DNA of 64,000 bases from Alphaproteobacteria bacterium (GTDB lineage: Bacteria; Pseudomonadota; Alphaproteobacteria; MPNO01): the NCBI GenBank assembly GCA_965248835.1, contig CBDFLJ010000002.1:1312001-1376000 (forward strand). The letters run 5' to 3'. Below are positions 32,610 to 42,509 of this stretch, one piece after another. Each line of letters opens with the position of its first letter. The first letter of the stretch is position 1. Position numbers and translations under genes: made by a program. The notes under the pieces were generated by a model. The model saw only the letters and a program-made list of their open reading frames with translations, ran no database searches and was not told where the DNA came from.

Positions 32610-32799
32610 CAAAGTTCCCCTCCCTTGAGGCACCCGTTATCGGATTCGAATGGGCGTCTCGGGCCGGGGCCGGCCCGAGACGGAAAGTGTAGGGATGCGG
32701 CCGTTCCCAGATCAAGCGAATTCCTCCGGCGGCCCGTTGCCCCTGCGCCGGATTCGGGCTTGTATGCTTCGGTCATCAAAGCAGCGCGAAAGACATTCG

Positions 32800-33324
32800 A
32801 TGGCTGACCGACAGGCGCGCGATGCGCCCCATCGTCCTTCGGAATTGCTGGCGAGCCTGAAAGATCTCCGGATCGAGGTGGCAGTCACGGTCCCCGACGG
32901 TTGGTTGGGTGAGCTGTTGGTCCGGATCGAGCACGAGGACTGGATCTCGCTGATCCGCGCAACGCACGAGGAAGAGGCCCTGGCGATCGCCTGCGGAGCA
33001 CGGCTGGGCGGCAAGCGCACCGTTCTGGTGATCCAGAATGTCGGGCTGCTCAGCATGGGCGCGGGCATGGTCTGCCTCGCCCAGCGCTATCAGTTCCCTT
33101 TGCTGATCCTCGCCTCCTACCGCGGCACGCCCGAGGATCCGGTCTTCTATCACATCCCCAAGGGACGGGTGACCGAGCCCGTCCTGCAGGGCTTCGGTCT
33201 GCGCTACGCCGTCGCCGATCCTGGCGCCCCGATCGGCCCGCAGGTCGAGCGGGCAGCAACCTATGCCGAGGAATCATCGGGACCCTTCGTGCTCCTTTTG
33301 GCTCAGGCGGACGTGCAGTGGTGA
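32800..33324 (+). CDS. TPP-dependent decarboxylase alpha subunit (ComD / phosphonopyruvate decarboxylase-like)
   Basis: Start ATG at 32800; VPD, THEEEALAIACGA..GG, QNVGL, SYRG. Confidence 0.8.
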   Translation: MADRQARDAPHRPSELLASLKDLRIEVAVTVPDGWLGELLVRIEHEDWISLIRATHEEEALAIACGARLGGKRTVLVIQNVGLLSMGAGMVCLAQRYQFPLLILASYRGTPEDPVFYHIPKGRVTEPVLQGFGLRYAVADPGAPIGPQVERAATYAEESSGPFVLLLAQADVQW

Positions 33325-33947
33325 AGGGCCGGTCGCCGACCCGGGAGGATTACTACGGCGCGCTCGCCGGGGCGCTGCCGCCGGCAACGCTGGTCGTCAC
33401 CTCGCTCGGCAATGCGTCCTATCTATGGGCGGTCGTCCGCGATGCGCCGGAGAACTTCTATCTCGAAGACGCGATGGGCCTCGCCCTTCCCCTGGCGCTC
33501 GGCCTTGCCGTGGCCCGGCCCGACCGCAAGGTGGTCGTGGTCGAAGGCGACGGCGGCATGCTGATGCATATGGGCGGTCTGGTGACGGTTGGCGCCGTTG
33601 CGCCGGAGAACCTGACCATCCTCCTGATCCAGAACGGTGTGCACGCCGCCTCGGGCGGGCAGGCATTGACCAAAGACGACCTCGACTTCGCCGCTCTGGC
33701 TGCGACTCTGGGCCTGAAAAGAGCGCGAAACATCGCTTCGCTCGATGGCTTCGCCGATCACTTCGCCTCGGCCATGGAGGGGCCGGGGCCGCAGCTCCTT
33801 GCGCTGTCGACGATGCCCGATCTCGAGGTCGTCGTCCCGCCGGCAAGCTTCGATCCCGTGGTCACCAAGCGCCGTTTCATGGACGCGATCCAGGCACCGC
33901 GCTACGTCCCCACCCTGTTCGGCGGCGGCCGGCTGGAACGGCAGTGA
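33318..33947 (+). CDS. TPP-dependent decarboxylase beta subunit (ComE-like)
   Basis: NFY..AMGLA, TPP motif EGDGG..QNG..SGGQ; overlaps the alpha gene. Confidence 0.8.
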   Translation: MVKGRSPTREDYYGALAGALPPATLVVTSLGNASYLWAVVRDAPENFYLEDAMGLALPLALGLAVARPDRKVVVVEGDGGMLMHMGGLVTVGAVAPENLTILLIQNGVHAASGGQALTKDDLDFAALAATLGLKRARNIASLDGFADHFASAMEGPGPQLLALSTMPDLEVVVPPASFDPVVTKRRFMDAIQAPRYVPTLFGGGRLERQ

Positions 33948-33963
33948 TCCCGGTCGGGCCGCC

Positions 33964-36900
33964 TCAGGCCCTGCCGTAGCCGCCGCCGCCAGGCGTTTCG
34001 ATGACGAATACGTCGCCCGGATGCATCTCGGTGCCGTCGGTGCCGGACAGCTCGCTCACCGTGCCGTCGGCGCGCTCGACGTAGTTGTGCCCGCACTGTC
34101 CGGGTTCGCCGCCGGCGGCTCCGAACGGCGCCACCCTGCGGTGGCCGGACACGATTGCCGCGGTCATGTCCTCTTCGAACCGGACCCGGCGGATAACCCC
34201 GTTGCCGCCGCGGTGCTTGCCCGCGCCGCCCGAGCCGGGACGGGCCTCGAACGATTCCACGACCACCGGGAAGCGCCACTCGAGGATCTCCGGGTCGGTC
34301 GCCAACGTGTTGGTCATGTGGGTGTGGACCGCGTCGGTGCCGTCGTAATCGGGGCCCGCGCCCGAGCCGCCGCAGATGGTCTCGTAGTTCTGGTAGCCGG
34401 CGTTGTTGCCGAAGGTGAAGTTGTTCATCGTCCCCTGCCCCGCCGCCATGATGCCGAGCGCGCCGATCAACGCGTTGGTGACGGCCTGGCTGGTCTCGAC
34501 ATTGCCCGCGACCACGGCAGCCGGGTATTTGGGCGCCAGCATGCAGCCCTCGGGGATGATGACCTTGAGCGGCTTGAGGCATCCCGCGTTCAGCGGGATG
34601 TCATCATCGACCATCAAGCGGAAGACATACAGCACGGCCGCCATGCACACCGATGACGGCGCGTTGAAGTTCGAGTTCTGCTGCTCCGAGGTGCCGGTGA
34701 AATCGATGACGGCCTCGCGCTTGTCGCGGTCGACGGAAATCTCAACCCGGATGCGCGCGCCCGAATCCATCTCGTAGTCGTAGGAGCCGTCGGTCAGCAC
34801 GCCGAGCACGCGCCGGACGCATTCCTCGGCATTGTCCTGGACGTGCTTCATGTAGGCGTGCACCACATCGAGCCCGAAATGGTCGACCATCTTGCGGAGC
34901 TCCTGGACCCCCTTCTCGTTGCCCGCGATGTGGGCCTTCAGGTCGGCCAGGTTGTGGCGGAAGTTGCGCGTCGGATAGGGCGCGGTGGTGAACAGCTTCT
35001 CGGTCTCCGCATCGAGCAGCCGGCCGCCGGAGACGAGCTGAAAGTTGTCGATCAGCACGCCCTCCTCGTCGATATGAGTCGAGTTGGGCGGCACCGATCC
35101 GGGCGTGATGCCCCCGATCTCGGCGTGATGGCCGCGCGCGGCGACATAGAACAGAATCTCCTTACCGGCCTGGTCGAACACCGGCGTGATCACCGTCACG
35201 TCGGGCAGATGCGTGCCGCCGTTATAGGGCGTGTTGAGCATGAACACGTCGCCCGGCACGATGGTGCCACGGCGTTGCTCGGCGACGGTCCTCACGCTTT
35301 CGCTCATCGAGCCGAGATGAACCGGGATATGCGGCGCGTTGGCCACCAGGCTGCCGTCGGGCGCGAAGATCGCACAACTGAAGTCGAGCCGCTCCTTGAT
35401 GTTGACCGAGTACGAGGTGTTGCGCAGCACCTCGCCCATCTGCTCGGCGATCGACATGAACAGGTTGTTGAACACTTCGAGCATGACCGGATCGGCCTCG
35501 GTGCCGATCGATGCCGCGCCGGGCCGCGGCACCACGCGGTCGAGGATCATCTGGTCGTATTTGTTGATTACCGCCGCCCAGCCGGGCTCGACCACGGTCG
35601 TTGCGATGTCCTCGATGATCACCGCCGGTCCGTCGACGCGGCAACCGGGGCGCATCGCGTTGCGCTCGTAAAGCCGGGTTCGGTGCCGGGCACCGGCCAT
35701 GTAGGTCTCGACCTCGGCGACGATTTCGGGGGGCTCTCCCGGCCCTATCTCGTGGGCGGGATCGGCGACCTCGACGGCGCTGGCGATCACCTCGACGTTG
35801 ACCGCCTCGACGATATGGCTCTTCTCCGGAGCGATGAAGCCGTATTGCTGGTGGTGGGCGGTCTCGAACTCGGCGATGACCGCCGCGCGGTCGGCATTTT
35901 CGATGATCAACGGCGAGTCGGTGCCCTCGTAGCGCAGGTGCAGCTTGTGCTGGGCGATGGTGCGCGCCGGATCGCCGCCCTGGCGCACCATCTCGGCCCG
36001 GCCGTCGGCCTCCATCTCGTCGAACACCTTGGCGAGATCGCCCATCAGCGCGTCGTCCAAGGTCGCCTCGATGGCGCGTTCGCGCATCACCCGGAGGTCG
36101 GCGAGCCCCATACCGTAGGCCGACAGCACGCCGGCGAACGGGTGGACGAACACCCGCGAGATGCCCAGCGAGTCGGCCACCAGGCAGGCGTGCTGGCCGC
36201 CGGCGCCGCCGAAGCAGTTCAGCGTGTATTCGGTGACGTCGTAGCCGCGCTGGATCGAGACCTGCTTGATCGCCTTGGCCATGTTCTCCACGGCGATCAT
36301 CAGGAAGCCCTCGGCGACCTCGACCGGGCTGCGGCTGTCGCCGGTCGCGGCCTCGATCTCGGCGGCGAGCGCGGCGAACTTCTCGCGCACGACATCCTCG
36401 TCGAGCGCCTGATCGGCGCCGGGACCGAACACCTTGGGAAAGAACCGCGCCTGGATCTTGCCCACCATCACGTTGGCATCGGTCACGCATAGCGGCCCGC
36501 CGCGGCGATAGCATGCAGGACCCGGGTTTGCACCTGCCGAATCCGGCCCGACGCGGTATCGGGTGCCATCGAAATGCAGGATCGAGCCGCCGCCGGCCGC
36601 CACGGTATGGATTCGCATCATCGGCGCACGCATGCGCACCCCCGCGACCAACGTCTCGAAGGCGCGCTCATACTCGCCGTCGTAATGCGCCACGTCGGTC
36701 GAGGTACCGCCCATGTCGAAGCTGATGATCTTGTCGTAGCCCGCCATCGCCGATGTCTGCACCGCACCGACGATGCCGCCGGCAGGCCCGGACAGAATGC
36801 TGTCCTTGCCGCGGAAGAACCGCGCATCGGCGAGCCCGCCGTTGGACTGCATGAACATCAGCCGAGCATCGCGGAGCTGGTTGCGGATCAAATCGACATA

Positions 36901-37593
36901 GCGCCGCAGAATCGGCGAGACATAGGCATCGACCACCGTGGTGTCGCCGCGCCCGACGATCTTCATCAGCGGGCTCACCTCGTGCGAGACCGAGACCTGG
37001 TCGAAGCCGATCTCGCGGGCGATCTCGCCCACTGCGATCTCGTGGTCGTGGTGGCGATAACCATGGACGAACACGACGGCCGCCGACTGGATGCCGTCAT
37101 CATAGGCTTGCTGAAGCGCGGCCCGCGCGCCCGCCCGGTCGAGCGGGATCAGCTCCTCGCCATCGGCCGAATGGCGCTGCTCGACCTCGATCACGCGCTC
37201 ATAGAGCAGTTCCGGCAGCACGATCTCGCGCGCAAACAGAGAAGGCCGGTTCTGGTAGCCGATCCTGAGCGCATCGCGGAATCCCTTGGTGATCACCAGC
37301 ACCGTGCGCTCGCCCTTGCGCTCCAGAAGCGCGTTGGTCGCCACCGTGGTGCCCATCTTGACGGTGTCGATCACACCGGCGGGGATCGACGCGCCGCCGT
37401 CGAGGCCGAGCAGCTCGCGGATGCCCTGCATCGCCGCATCCTCGTAGCGTTCGGGGTTTTCCGACAACAGCTTGTGGGCGATCAGCGCACCGTCGGGGGC
37501 CTGGGCGACGAAATCGGTGAACGTGCCGCCGCGGTCGATCCAGAATTGCCAACCCGATTTCAATTGCCCTGTGTTTTCAGGCGTTTCAGCCAT
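33964..37593 (-). CDS. 5-oxoprolinase (ATP-hydrolysing), fused hydantoinase A/B type
   Basis: [59 protein letters not shown]. Confidence 0.92.
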   Translation of the reverse strand: MAETPENTGQLKSGWQFWIDRGGTFTDFVAQAPDGALIAHKLLSENPERYEDAAMQGIRELLGLDGGASIPAGVIDTVKMGTTVATNALLERKGERTVLVITKGFRDALRIGYQNRPSLFAREIVLPELLYERVIEVEQRHSADGEELIPLDRAGARAALQQAYDDGIQSAAVVFVHGYRHHDHEIAVGEIAREIGFDQVSVSHEVSPLMKIVGRGDTTVVDAYVSPILRRYVDLIRNQLRDARLMFMQSNGGLADARFFRGKDSILSGPAGGIVGAVQTSAMAGYDKIISFDMGGTSTDVAHYDGEYERAFETLVAGVRMRAPMMRIHTVAAGGGSILHFDGTRYRVGPDSAGANPGPACYRRGGPLCVTDANVMVGKIQARFFPKVFGPGADQALDEDVVREKFAALAAEIEAATGDSRSPVEVAEGFLMIAVENMAKAIKQVSIQRGYDVTEYTLNCFGGAGGQHACLVADSLGISRVFVHPFAGVLSAYGMGLADLRVMRERAIEATLDDALMGDLAKVFDEMEADGRAEMVRQGGDPARTIAQHKLHLRYEGTDSPLIIENADRAAVIAEFETAHHQQYGFIAPEKSHIVEAVNVEVIASAVEVADPAHEIGPGEPPEIVAEVETYMAGARHRTRLYERNAMRPGCRVDGPAVIIEDIATTVVEPGWAAVINKYDQMILDRVVPRPGAASIGTEADPVMLEVFNNLFMSIAEQMGEVLRNTSYSVNIKERLDFSCAIFAPDGSLVANAPHIPVHLGSMSESVRTVAEQRRGTIVPGDVFMLNTPYNGGTHLPDVTVITPVFDQAGKEILFYVAARGHHAEIGGITPGSVPPNSTHIDEEGVLIDNFQLVSGGRLLDAETEKLFTTAPYPTRNFRHNLADLKAHIAGNEKGVQELRKMVDHFGLDVVHAYMKHVQDNAEECVRRVLGVLTDGSYDYEMDSGARIRVEISVDRDKREAVIDFTGTSEQQNSNFNAPSSVCMAAVLYVFRLMVDDDIPLNAGCLKPLKVIIPEGCMLAPKYPAAVVAGNVETSQAVTNALIGALGIMAAGQGTMNNFTFGNNAGYQNYETICGGSGAGPDYDGTDAVHTHMTNTLATDPEILEWRFPVVVESFEARPGSGGAGKHRGGNGVIRRVRFEEDMTAAIVSGHRRVAPFGAAGGEPGQCGHNYVERADGTVSELSGTDGTEMHPGDVFVIETPGGGGYGRA

Positions 37594-37657
37594 TCCCCAA
37601 CCCTATGTAAAGCTGATGCGAAATCCTCGTCCGACCGGTCCCCACCGGCCGAAGCGC

Positions 37658-38602
37658 TCATCCTATCCGTGGGATGATCTCCGCGGCAATCTGCTCGATC
37701 TGCTCCATGTCGAACCGATAGGGCACCAGCGTGATCTGCTGGACGCCGGCATCGAGATGGGCCTGGAGCTGCTCGAGGCAGTCATCGACGGTGCCGAGCA
37801 CCGCGCTTTCGGTGGTCGAATCGCTCCACCCGGCGAAGTCCCATTCGGTGGTCAGCCACTCGTGCATCGGCGCCTGGACCGCCTCGCGCGACTTGCCGAT
37901 ATAGATCGGAAGCTGGTTGATGCTGCGCAGCGTGTCGGGATCCTTGCCCGCCTCCTCGGCGAAGCGCCGGACCTTGCTCCAGGACTTCGTGAAGCCCTGG
38001 GCGGTGTAGTAGTAGGTCAGCCAGCCGTCGCCGACCACGCCGGCGCGCTTGAGCACCCGGTCGACATAGCCGCCGATCAGGATCGGCGGGCGCGGCTTCT
38101 GGACCGGCTTCGGCGACATGACGGCCGAGGAAAGATCGTAAGGCGGGTAGCTGCCGGTCACCGAGTCCTCCTGCCACAGCCGGGTCAGGATCTCGAGGTT
38201 CTGGTCCATGATGTCGCCGCGCTTGTTGAACGGCACGCCGATCGCATCGAACTCGCGCTTGTACCAGCCCGAGGCCATGCCGAGCGTCAGCCGCCCGCCG
38301 GAGATCTGATCGATGCTGGAAAGCTGCTTGGCAAGCACCACCGGGTTGCGCGCCGGCAGCACCAGGATGCCGGTGCCGAGACGGATGCGTTCGGTGCGCG
38401 CAGCGATCGCGGTCAGCACGGACAGCGAATCGAGGATCGGGAAATAAGGATCGACCCCGAGCAGGATGTGGTCCCATGTCCACAGCGATTCGTAGCCGAG
38501 TTCCTCCATGCGGATGCCGAAGTCGATCAGCGCCTTGGCGTTCGGCATGACTGGGGCCGCGGTGAAGTTCTGCATCGCGATGCCGATGATCTTGCTTGCC
38601 AT
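37658..38602 (-). CDS. Luciferase-like (LLM) oxidoreductase, probably F420-dependent (Rv2161c-like)
   Basis: SLWTWDH, AARTERIRLGTGILVLPARNPVVLAKQ..IDQISGGRL, PKPVQKPRPPILIGG. Confidence 0.85.
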   Translation of the reverse strand: MASKIIGIAMQNFTAAPVMPNAKALIDFGIRMEELGYESLWTWDHILLGVDPYFPILDSLSVLTAIAARTERIRLGTGILVLPARNPVVLAKQLSSIDQISGGRLTLGMASGWYKREFDAIGVPFNKRGDIMDQNLEILTRLWQEDSVTGSYPPYDLSSAVMSPKPVQKPRPPILIGGYVDRVLKRAGVVGDGWLTYYYTAQGFTKSWSKVRRFAEEAGKDPDTLRSINQLPIYIGKSREAVQAPMHEWLTTEWDFAGWSDSTTESAVLGTVDDCLEQLQAHLDAGVQQITLVPYRFDMEQIEQIAAEIIPRIG

Positions 38603-38644
38603 TAAGGTCCTCTTGTTCGTGCGGCCGCCTGCCCCGTCGGGCCG

Positions 38645-39415
38645 TCAGGAGATATAGACCCGATCGGGATCGAACTCGCGCAGCACGGCGAGCTCCTCAT
38701 CGGTCGGGGGCGCGATGGTCTGAATGTCGTCATCGAACAGGAGCTCGAAGCCGGTGGCCTCCTGAACCTGCCGGGCGCTCACGCCGTCATGGAGCGCCTC
38801 GACCTTCATCTGCCTGGTCTTGTCGTCGAAGCCCAGGATCGCGAGGTCGGTGACCACCTTCTCCGGGCCGCCGGTGATCAGGCCGGCGTCCGCCCTGCTC
38901 GATCCGCCGTGCCAGAACCCGGTGCTGGTCACGAAGTCCACCCTGTCCACGAACCGGCGCTTCTCGTGGATCATGGCAACGATCATCCGGGTCAGGCTCG
39001 CGATGTCGTTACCGCCGCCGGTGCCGGGCAGCCGGATCACCGGATTGTCCGCCTCGCCGATGAAAGACGAGTTGAGGTTGCCGTAACGATCGATCTGAGC
39101 CCCGCCCATGAAGCCGATGTCGACATAGCCGCGCTGCAGCAACAGCAGCACGTCGGTATTCGACATGACCATGTTTGCGCGGCGCGTGCAGCGCTGCTCG
39201 TTGGTCGAGGGCGGCAATTCGCCGGGCACGATGAACGGCCCCAGGGTGCCGCCCTCGAACAGGATCGTCAGGCCCGGCGCGTGCAGGCGCTGTGCCAGCG
39301 TGGCTGCGAGCAGCGGGATGCCGACGCCGGCGAACACCGTCTGGCCGTCTTCGAGCAGCCGCCCGCTCATCACCGCGAGCAGTTCGGAGGCGCTGTGTCG
39401 TGCGTTCTCAGTCAT
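38645..39415 (-). CDS. Family I CoA-transferase beta subunit (GctB/CatJ-like)
   Basis: Start ATG at 39415; FAGVGIP, LFEGG (catalytic Glu), GGAQIDRYGNLN, RLPGTGGGND. Confidence 0.88.
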   Translation of the reverse strand: MTENARHSASELLAVMSGRLLEDGQTVFAGVGIPLLAATLAQRLHAPGLTILFEGGTLGPFIVPGELPPSTNEQRCTRRANMVMSNTDVLLLLQRGYVDIGFMGGAQIDRYGNLNSSFIGEADNPVIRLPGTGGGNDIASLTRMIVAMIHEKRRFVDRVDFVTSTGFWHGGSSRADAGLITGGPEKVVTDLAILGFDDKTRQMKVEALHDGVSARQVQEATGFELLFDDDIQTIAPPTDEELAVLREFDPDRVYIS

Positions 39416-40361
39416 TGTAGACGCTCCTGCCGCGGATCGAGGCATCGATCACGTTGTCCATCCCGAGAAGCGCGAGATAGGCGTTCCAGTCCTTCGGCCC
39501 GTAGACAAAGCGCTCGAGATAGTCCTTCACGCCCGCTACCGGATCAGTCCTTGTGAGCTCGGCATAGGCATCGAGGTTGGAAAGGAACGGCTCGTAGATG
39601 CCATAGCATTCATGCGGCGCGCAGCCATAGGGCACCTCGACCACCGCGTCTACGGTGATGAACGGGATTCGGGTCTGGTCGGGCGCGCGTCGAATCTGGT
39701 CGTTGCTCACGATCCGCTCAGTCGTCAGGATCACCTTGTTCGCGGCCATGGCGATATCGGCGTCCATGAACGGCAGGCCGTCCATCTGGGCGTTGCCGTA
39801 TGGATCGCAGCGCTGGACATGGATAAGCGCGACATCGGGGTTGAGTGCGGGCACCAGCAGCAGCCGGTCGCCGGTGAACGGGCAGTCCATCTCGCGCGTA
39901 TCGGTAACGCGTGCGCCGACATCGGAACCCAGCATGGTGCGGACCGGCATGAAGGGCACGCCCATGGCGCCGGCGCGGTAGCGCAGCCCGATCGCCATGT
40001 GGCTCCACTCCTCGAACCGCGCGAGCTTGTTCTCGGTGTAGTGGCGCATCACCTTTGAGACGCCCCAGACGATCCCCTGGCTGAACCAACTCGTCAGGAT
40101 GTGCTGGCTGGCGCCCGAGCCGTAAAGCAGATCGCCCTCGGTCGAGGTGATGCTGCGCGAGACGCTCAGATGCTTTTTGCCGGCGCGTATCAGCGCCCAG
40201 ATCATCGCCATCGGCGTCCGAGACAGGGTACATCCGCCGAGCGCGACATGATCGCCGTCGGCAACCAGGGCAGCGGCGTCCTCCAGCGACATCACCCGCT
40301 CGCGCAGGCTGCGGTCGCGCGCTTCGGTCGCGCTGCGCAGCTCGAGATAGGATTTGCTCAC
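39408..40361 (-). CDS. Family I CoA-transferase alpha subunit (GctA/CatI-like)
   Basis: GG..SRTPMA, AGAMGVPFMP, PALNPDVALIHVQRCDPYGN. Confidence 0.88.
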   Translation of the reverse strand: MSKSYLELRSATEARDRSLRERVMSLEDAAALVADGDHVALGGCTLSRTPMAMIWALIRAGKKHLSVSRSITSTEGDLLYGSGASQHILTSWFSQGIVWGVSKVMRHYTENKLARFEEWSHMAIGLRYRAGAMGVPFMPVRTMLGSDVGARVTDTREMDCPFTGDRLLLVPALNPDVALIHVQRCDPYGNAQMDGLPFMDADIAMAANKVILTTERIVSNDQIRRAPDQTRIPFITVDAVVEVPYGCAPHECYGIYEPFLSNLDAYAELTRTDPVAGVKDYLERFVYGPKDWNAYLALLGMDNVIDASIRGRSVYND

Positions 40362-40400
40362 GGCGCAGTACTCCCCTTGCCGACGGCGCGGACCGCGCCG

Positions 40401-41888
40401 TCAGATCCCGGTTCTCGCATTGAAATCATCGATCATCTCGTCCCACACGGGAAGCACCTCGTGGAGGCCTTTCCAGAAGCGCTGGTCGGCGCGCCGATCA
40501 AAAGTCTCGATATCGACGCCGCGCTGCTCGACCCAGCTGAAGTAGCCGAGGTTGAAGATGCGGCGGCGGTCGCGGTGGCCGGTCTCCAGGAAATGGTCGG
40601 ACTCGACCCCGATCAGGTGGCGGGCAAAGGTCTCGGCCGCGGCAATGGTATCGAAACGGCCGGCGAAATCGCGCGCGATGGTCTTGTCCCGCTCGCTGTC
40701 ATAGAGCGCGGCGCTGTCGGTGGCGACGGTGAGGACCAGGTCCTTCTCGGTGAAATCGAAGTGGCGGGCGGTCTTGATAGCCGCCAGGACGTTGGCAATC
40801 CCCGACAGGCCGAGATGGCTGAGTGCTAGGATCGTGGCCGGGTCGATCCCCTGGCGGTCGGCGAGATAGGCGTGCCCCACCGCGGTGTTGAACAAGACGT
40901 TCAGCCGGTCGCAGCTCGCATCGGAGACACCGGCCACAGCATCGGTGTTCATGACGTTCTGGATCAGGGGGATATGCTTGTCGCCGATGCCCTGAATGTT
41001 ATGCGCGCCATAGCCGTTATAGAGCATCGTCGGGCATTCGGTCGGCTCGACGGCGACGATCCGCGCGCCGTAAACGGCCTTCAGGTGGTCACCCGCGGCC
41101 AGCGTCCCGCCCGAGCCGGTGCCGGCGACGAATGCCCCCAGCGCGAGGTCGGGATCGTTTTCGCCGAGATGGCCGAAGATGCGCCCCAACGCGGGCCCGG
41201 TGCAGCGGAAATGGGCGAGATAGTTGGCGAATTCGGAGAACTGGTTGAGGATCACGTTGGTTGGCTCGACCGCGAGCTCATCGCAGGTGTCGTAGATCTC
41301 CTTGACGTTGCTCTCCGAGCCGGGCGTGCGGATGATGTCCTCGGGCCGGTTGATCCAGCGGTGCAGCCACTCGAAGCGTTCCGCGCTCATGCCTTCCGGC
41401 AGCACCGCGACCGACCGGCAGCCGAGGATGCGCCCGATAGCCACGCCGCCACGGCAGTAGTTGCCGGTCGAGGGCCAGATCGCCCGGTCGCGCTCGGGAT
41501 CGAACCGGCCGGTGATCAGCCGCGAGACCAGGCAGGCGTAGGCGGCCAGCACCTTGTGGGCGCCGATCATCGGGAACCGGTCGCCCAGCGCTACCGCAAT
41601 CGGCGCCGCGACCCCGGTGATCGGGCGCCCGAGAAGGATGAAACCCGGCGTTACCACCGTGTCCCTGCCGCCCTCACCGTTGAACCAGTGGACCCGAAAA
41701 AGGTTGGCCGCGCCGGGTTCGGCCGGATCGAGCCGCGCCGCCTCGGCCGCCACGGAGGGGGGTATCAGCGCGGGATCGGCAAGCTCGCGAAAGCTCGGCA
41801 ACCGGACGCGCGCTGCGCGCAGATGGCGCACGGCAGCATCATAGGCCACCCGGTCGACGATTTCCGTGGGCAGGTCCTCCGCCTTCAT
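40401..41888 (-). CDS. PLP-dependent enzyme, fold type II (long cysteine-synthase-like), function unknown
   Basis: Schiff-base Lys in GAHKV, STGN, GTGSGGT phosphate loop, IQGIG. Confidence 0.8.
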   Translation of the reverse strand: MKAEDLPTEIVDRVAYDAAVRHLRAARVRLPSFRELADPALIPPSVAAEAARLDPAEPGAANLFRVHWFNGEGGRDTVVTPGFILLGRPITGVAAPIAVALGDRFPMIGAHKVLAAYACLVSRLITGRFDPERDRAIWPSTGNYCRGGVAIGRILGCRSVAVLPEGMSAERFEWLHRWINRPEDIIRTPGSESNVKEIYDTCDELAVEPTNVILNQFSEFANYLAHFRCTGPALGRIFGHLGENDPDLALGAFVAGTGSGGTLAAGDHLKAVYGARIVAVEPTECPTMLYNGYGAHNIQGIGDKHIPLIQNVMNTDAVAGVSDASCDRLNVLFNTAVGHAYLADRQGIDPATILALSHLGLSGIANVLAAIKTARHFDFTEKDLVLTVATDSAALYDSERDKTIARDFAGRFDTIAAAETFARHLIGVESDHFLETGHRDRRRIFNLGYFSWVEQRGVDIETFDRRADQRFWKGLHEVLPVWDEMIDDFNARTGI

Positions 41889-41964
41889 CCCTCCGCATCG
41901 CCCTTGCGCAAATTCCCGCCCAAAAACCGTACGTGGCGGGCCGGCCCGCCACGATCATCGCATC

Positions 41965-41993
41965 TTATAGTAAAGGCGCCCGCGCGGCCCAAG
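41965..41993 (-). promoter_or_regulatory. Candidate sigma70 promoter for the PLP-enzyme operon
   Basis: Minus strand CTTGGG-N17-CTATAA, resembling the rhizobial CTTGAC-N17-CTATAT consensus. Confidence 0.45.
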
Positions 41994-42084
41994 CAGAAAC
42001 GTGGCACCGTCGGACGCCTCGCTAGCACGGCGTGGACCGAAGAGTGAAATCCTCCGGCCCCGGTGCTGGACAGCCCCGGAGTAG

Positions 42085-42161
42085 TGGCGGGAGTGACGGG
42101 ACTCGAACCCGCGGCCTCTGGCGTGACAGGCCAGCGCTCTAACCAACTGAGCTACACCCCC
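42085..42161 (-). tRNA. tRNA-Asp(GTC)
   Basis: GGGGGTGTAGCTCAGTTGGTTAGAGCGCTGGCCT-GTC-ACGCCAGAGGCCGCGGGTTCGAGTCCCGTCACTCCCGCCA; cloverleaf with encoded CCA. Confidence 0.97.
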
Positions 42162-42261
42162 AGAATCGGGCAGGGGTGATGTAGAACGGCTGGCCGCGCG
42201 AAGTCAACAAGACCTTGGATGCGGTCCCGCCCGCCGGGCGCCCGGAACATGTCCGGGGTCG

Positions 42262-42337
42262 TGGTGGGCGGTGACGGGATCGAACCGCCGACATCCACGG
42301 TGTAAACGTGGCGCTCTACCGGCTGAGCTAACCGCCC
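42262..42337 (-). tRNA. tRNA-Val(TAC)
   Basis: GGGCGGTTAGCTCAGCCGGTAGAGCGCCACGTT-TAC-ACCGTGGATGTCGGCGGTTCGATCCCGTCACCGCCCACCA. Confidence 0.97.
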
Positions 42338-42379
42338 TGTTGCGTGATGCGGGCGGCACCCTATAGGAGTGGTGGCCCA

Positions 42380-42424
42380 CCGCCAAATCGAAAGCCGCCA
42401 AATCGAAAGCCGCCAAATCGAAAC
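42380..42424. repeat. Tandem repeat, 3 x 15 bp (CCGCCAAATCGAAAG)
   Basis: Two exact copies and a third differing only at the last base. Confidence 0.95.
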
Positions 42425-42447
42425 CGGCCGCCCGGAGGCGGCCGGTT
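42422..42447 (-). terminator. Intrinsic terminator candidate downstream of hupB
   Basis: Perfect stem AACCGGCCGCC-CGGA-GGCGGCCGGTT followed by a short T-rich tail on the minus strand. A second hairpin GTGCGCGG-TGTT-CCGCGCAC lies at 42480-42499. Confidence 0.6.
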
Positions 42448-42509
42448 GCCTGGGTCAGGAGCCGGGGATTGCAGGGTCTGTGCGCGGTGTTCCGCGCACG
42501 AAGGGCCGT

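Noticed and set aside
41908-41922. Sigma54-like GG-N10-GC motifs (here, near 21388 and near 46895)
   Set aside because: Poor consensus, wrong orientation or too close to the start codon, and no enhancer-binding protein is nearby.
42380-42424. Repeat array considered as a mini-CRISPR
   Set aside because: Units are 15 bp with no spacers, and there are no cas genes.
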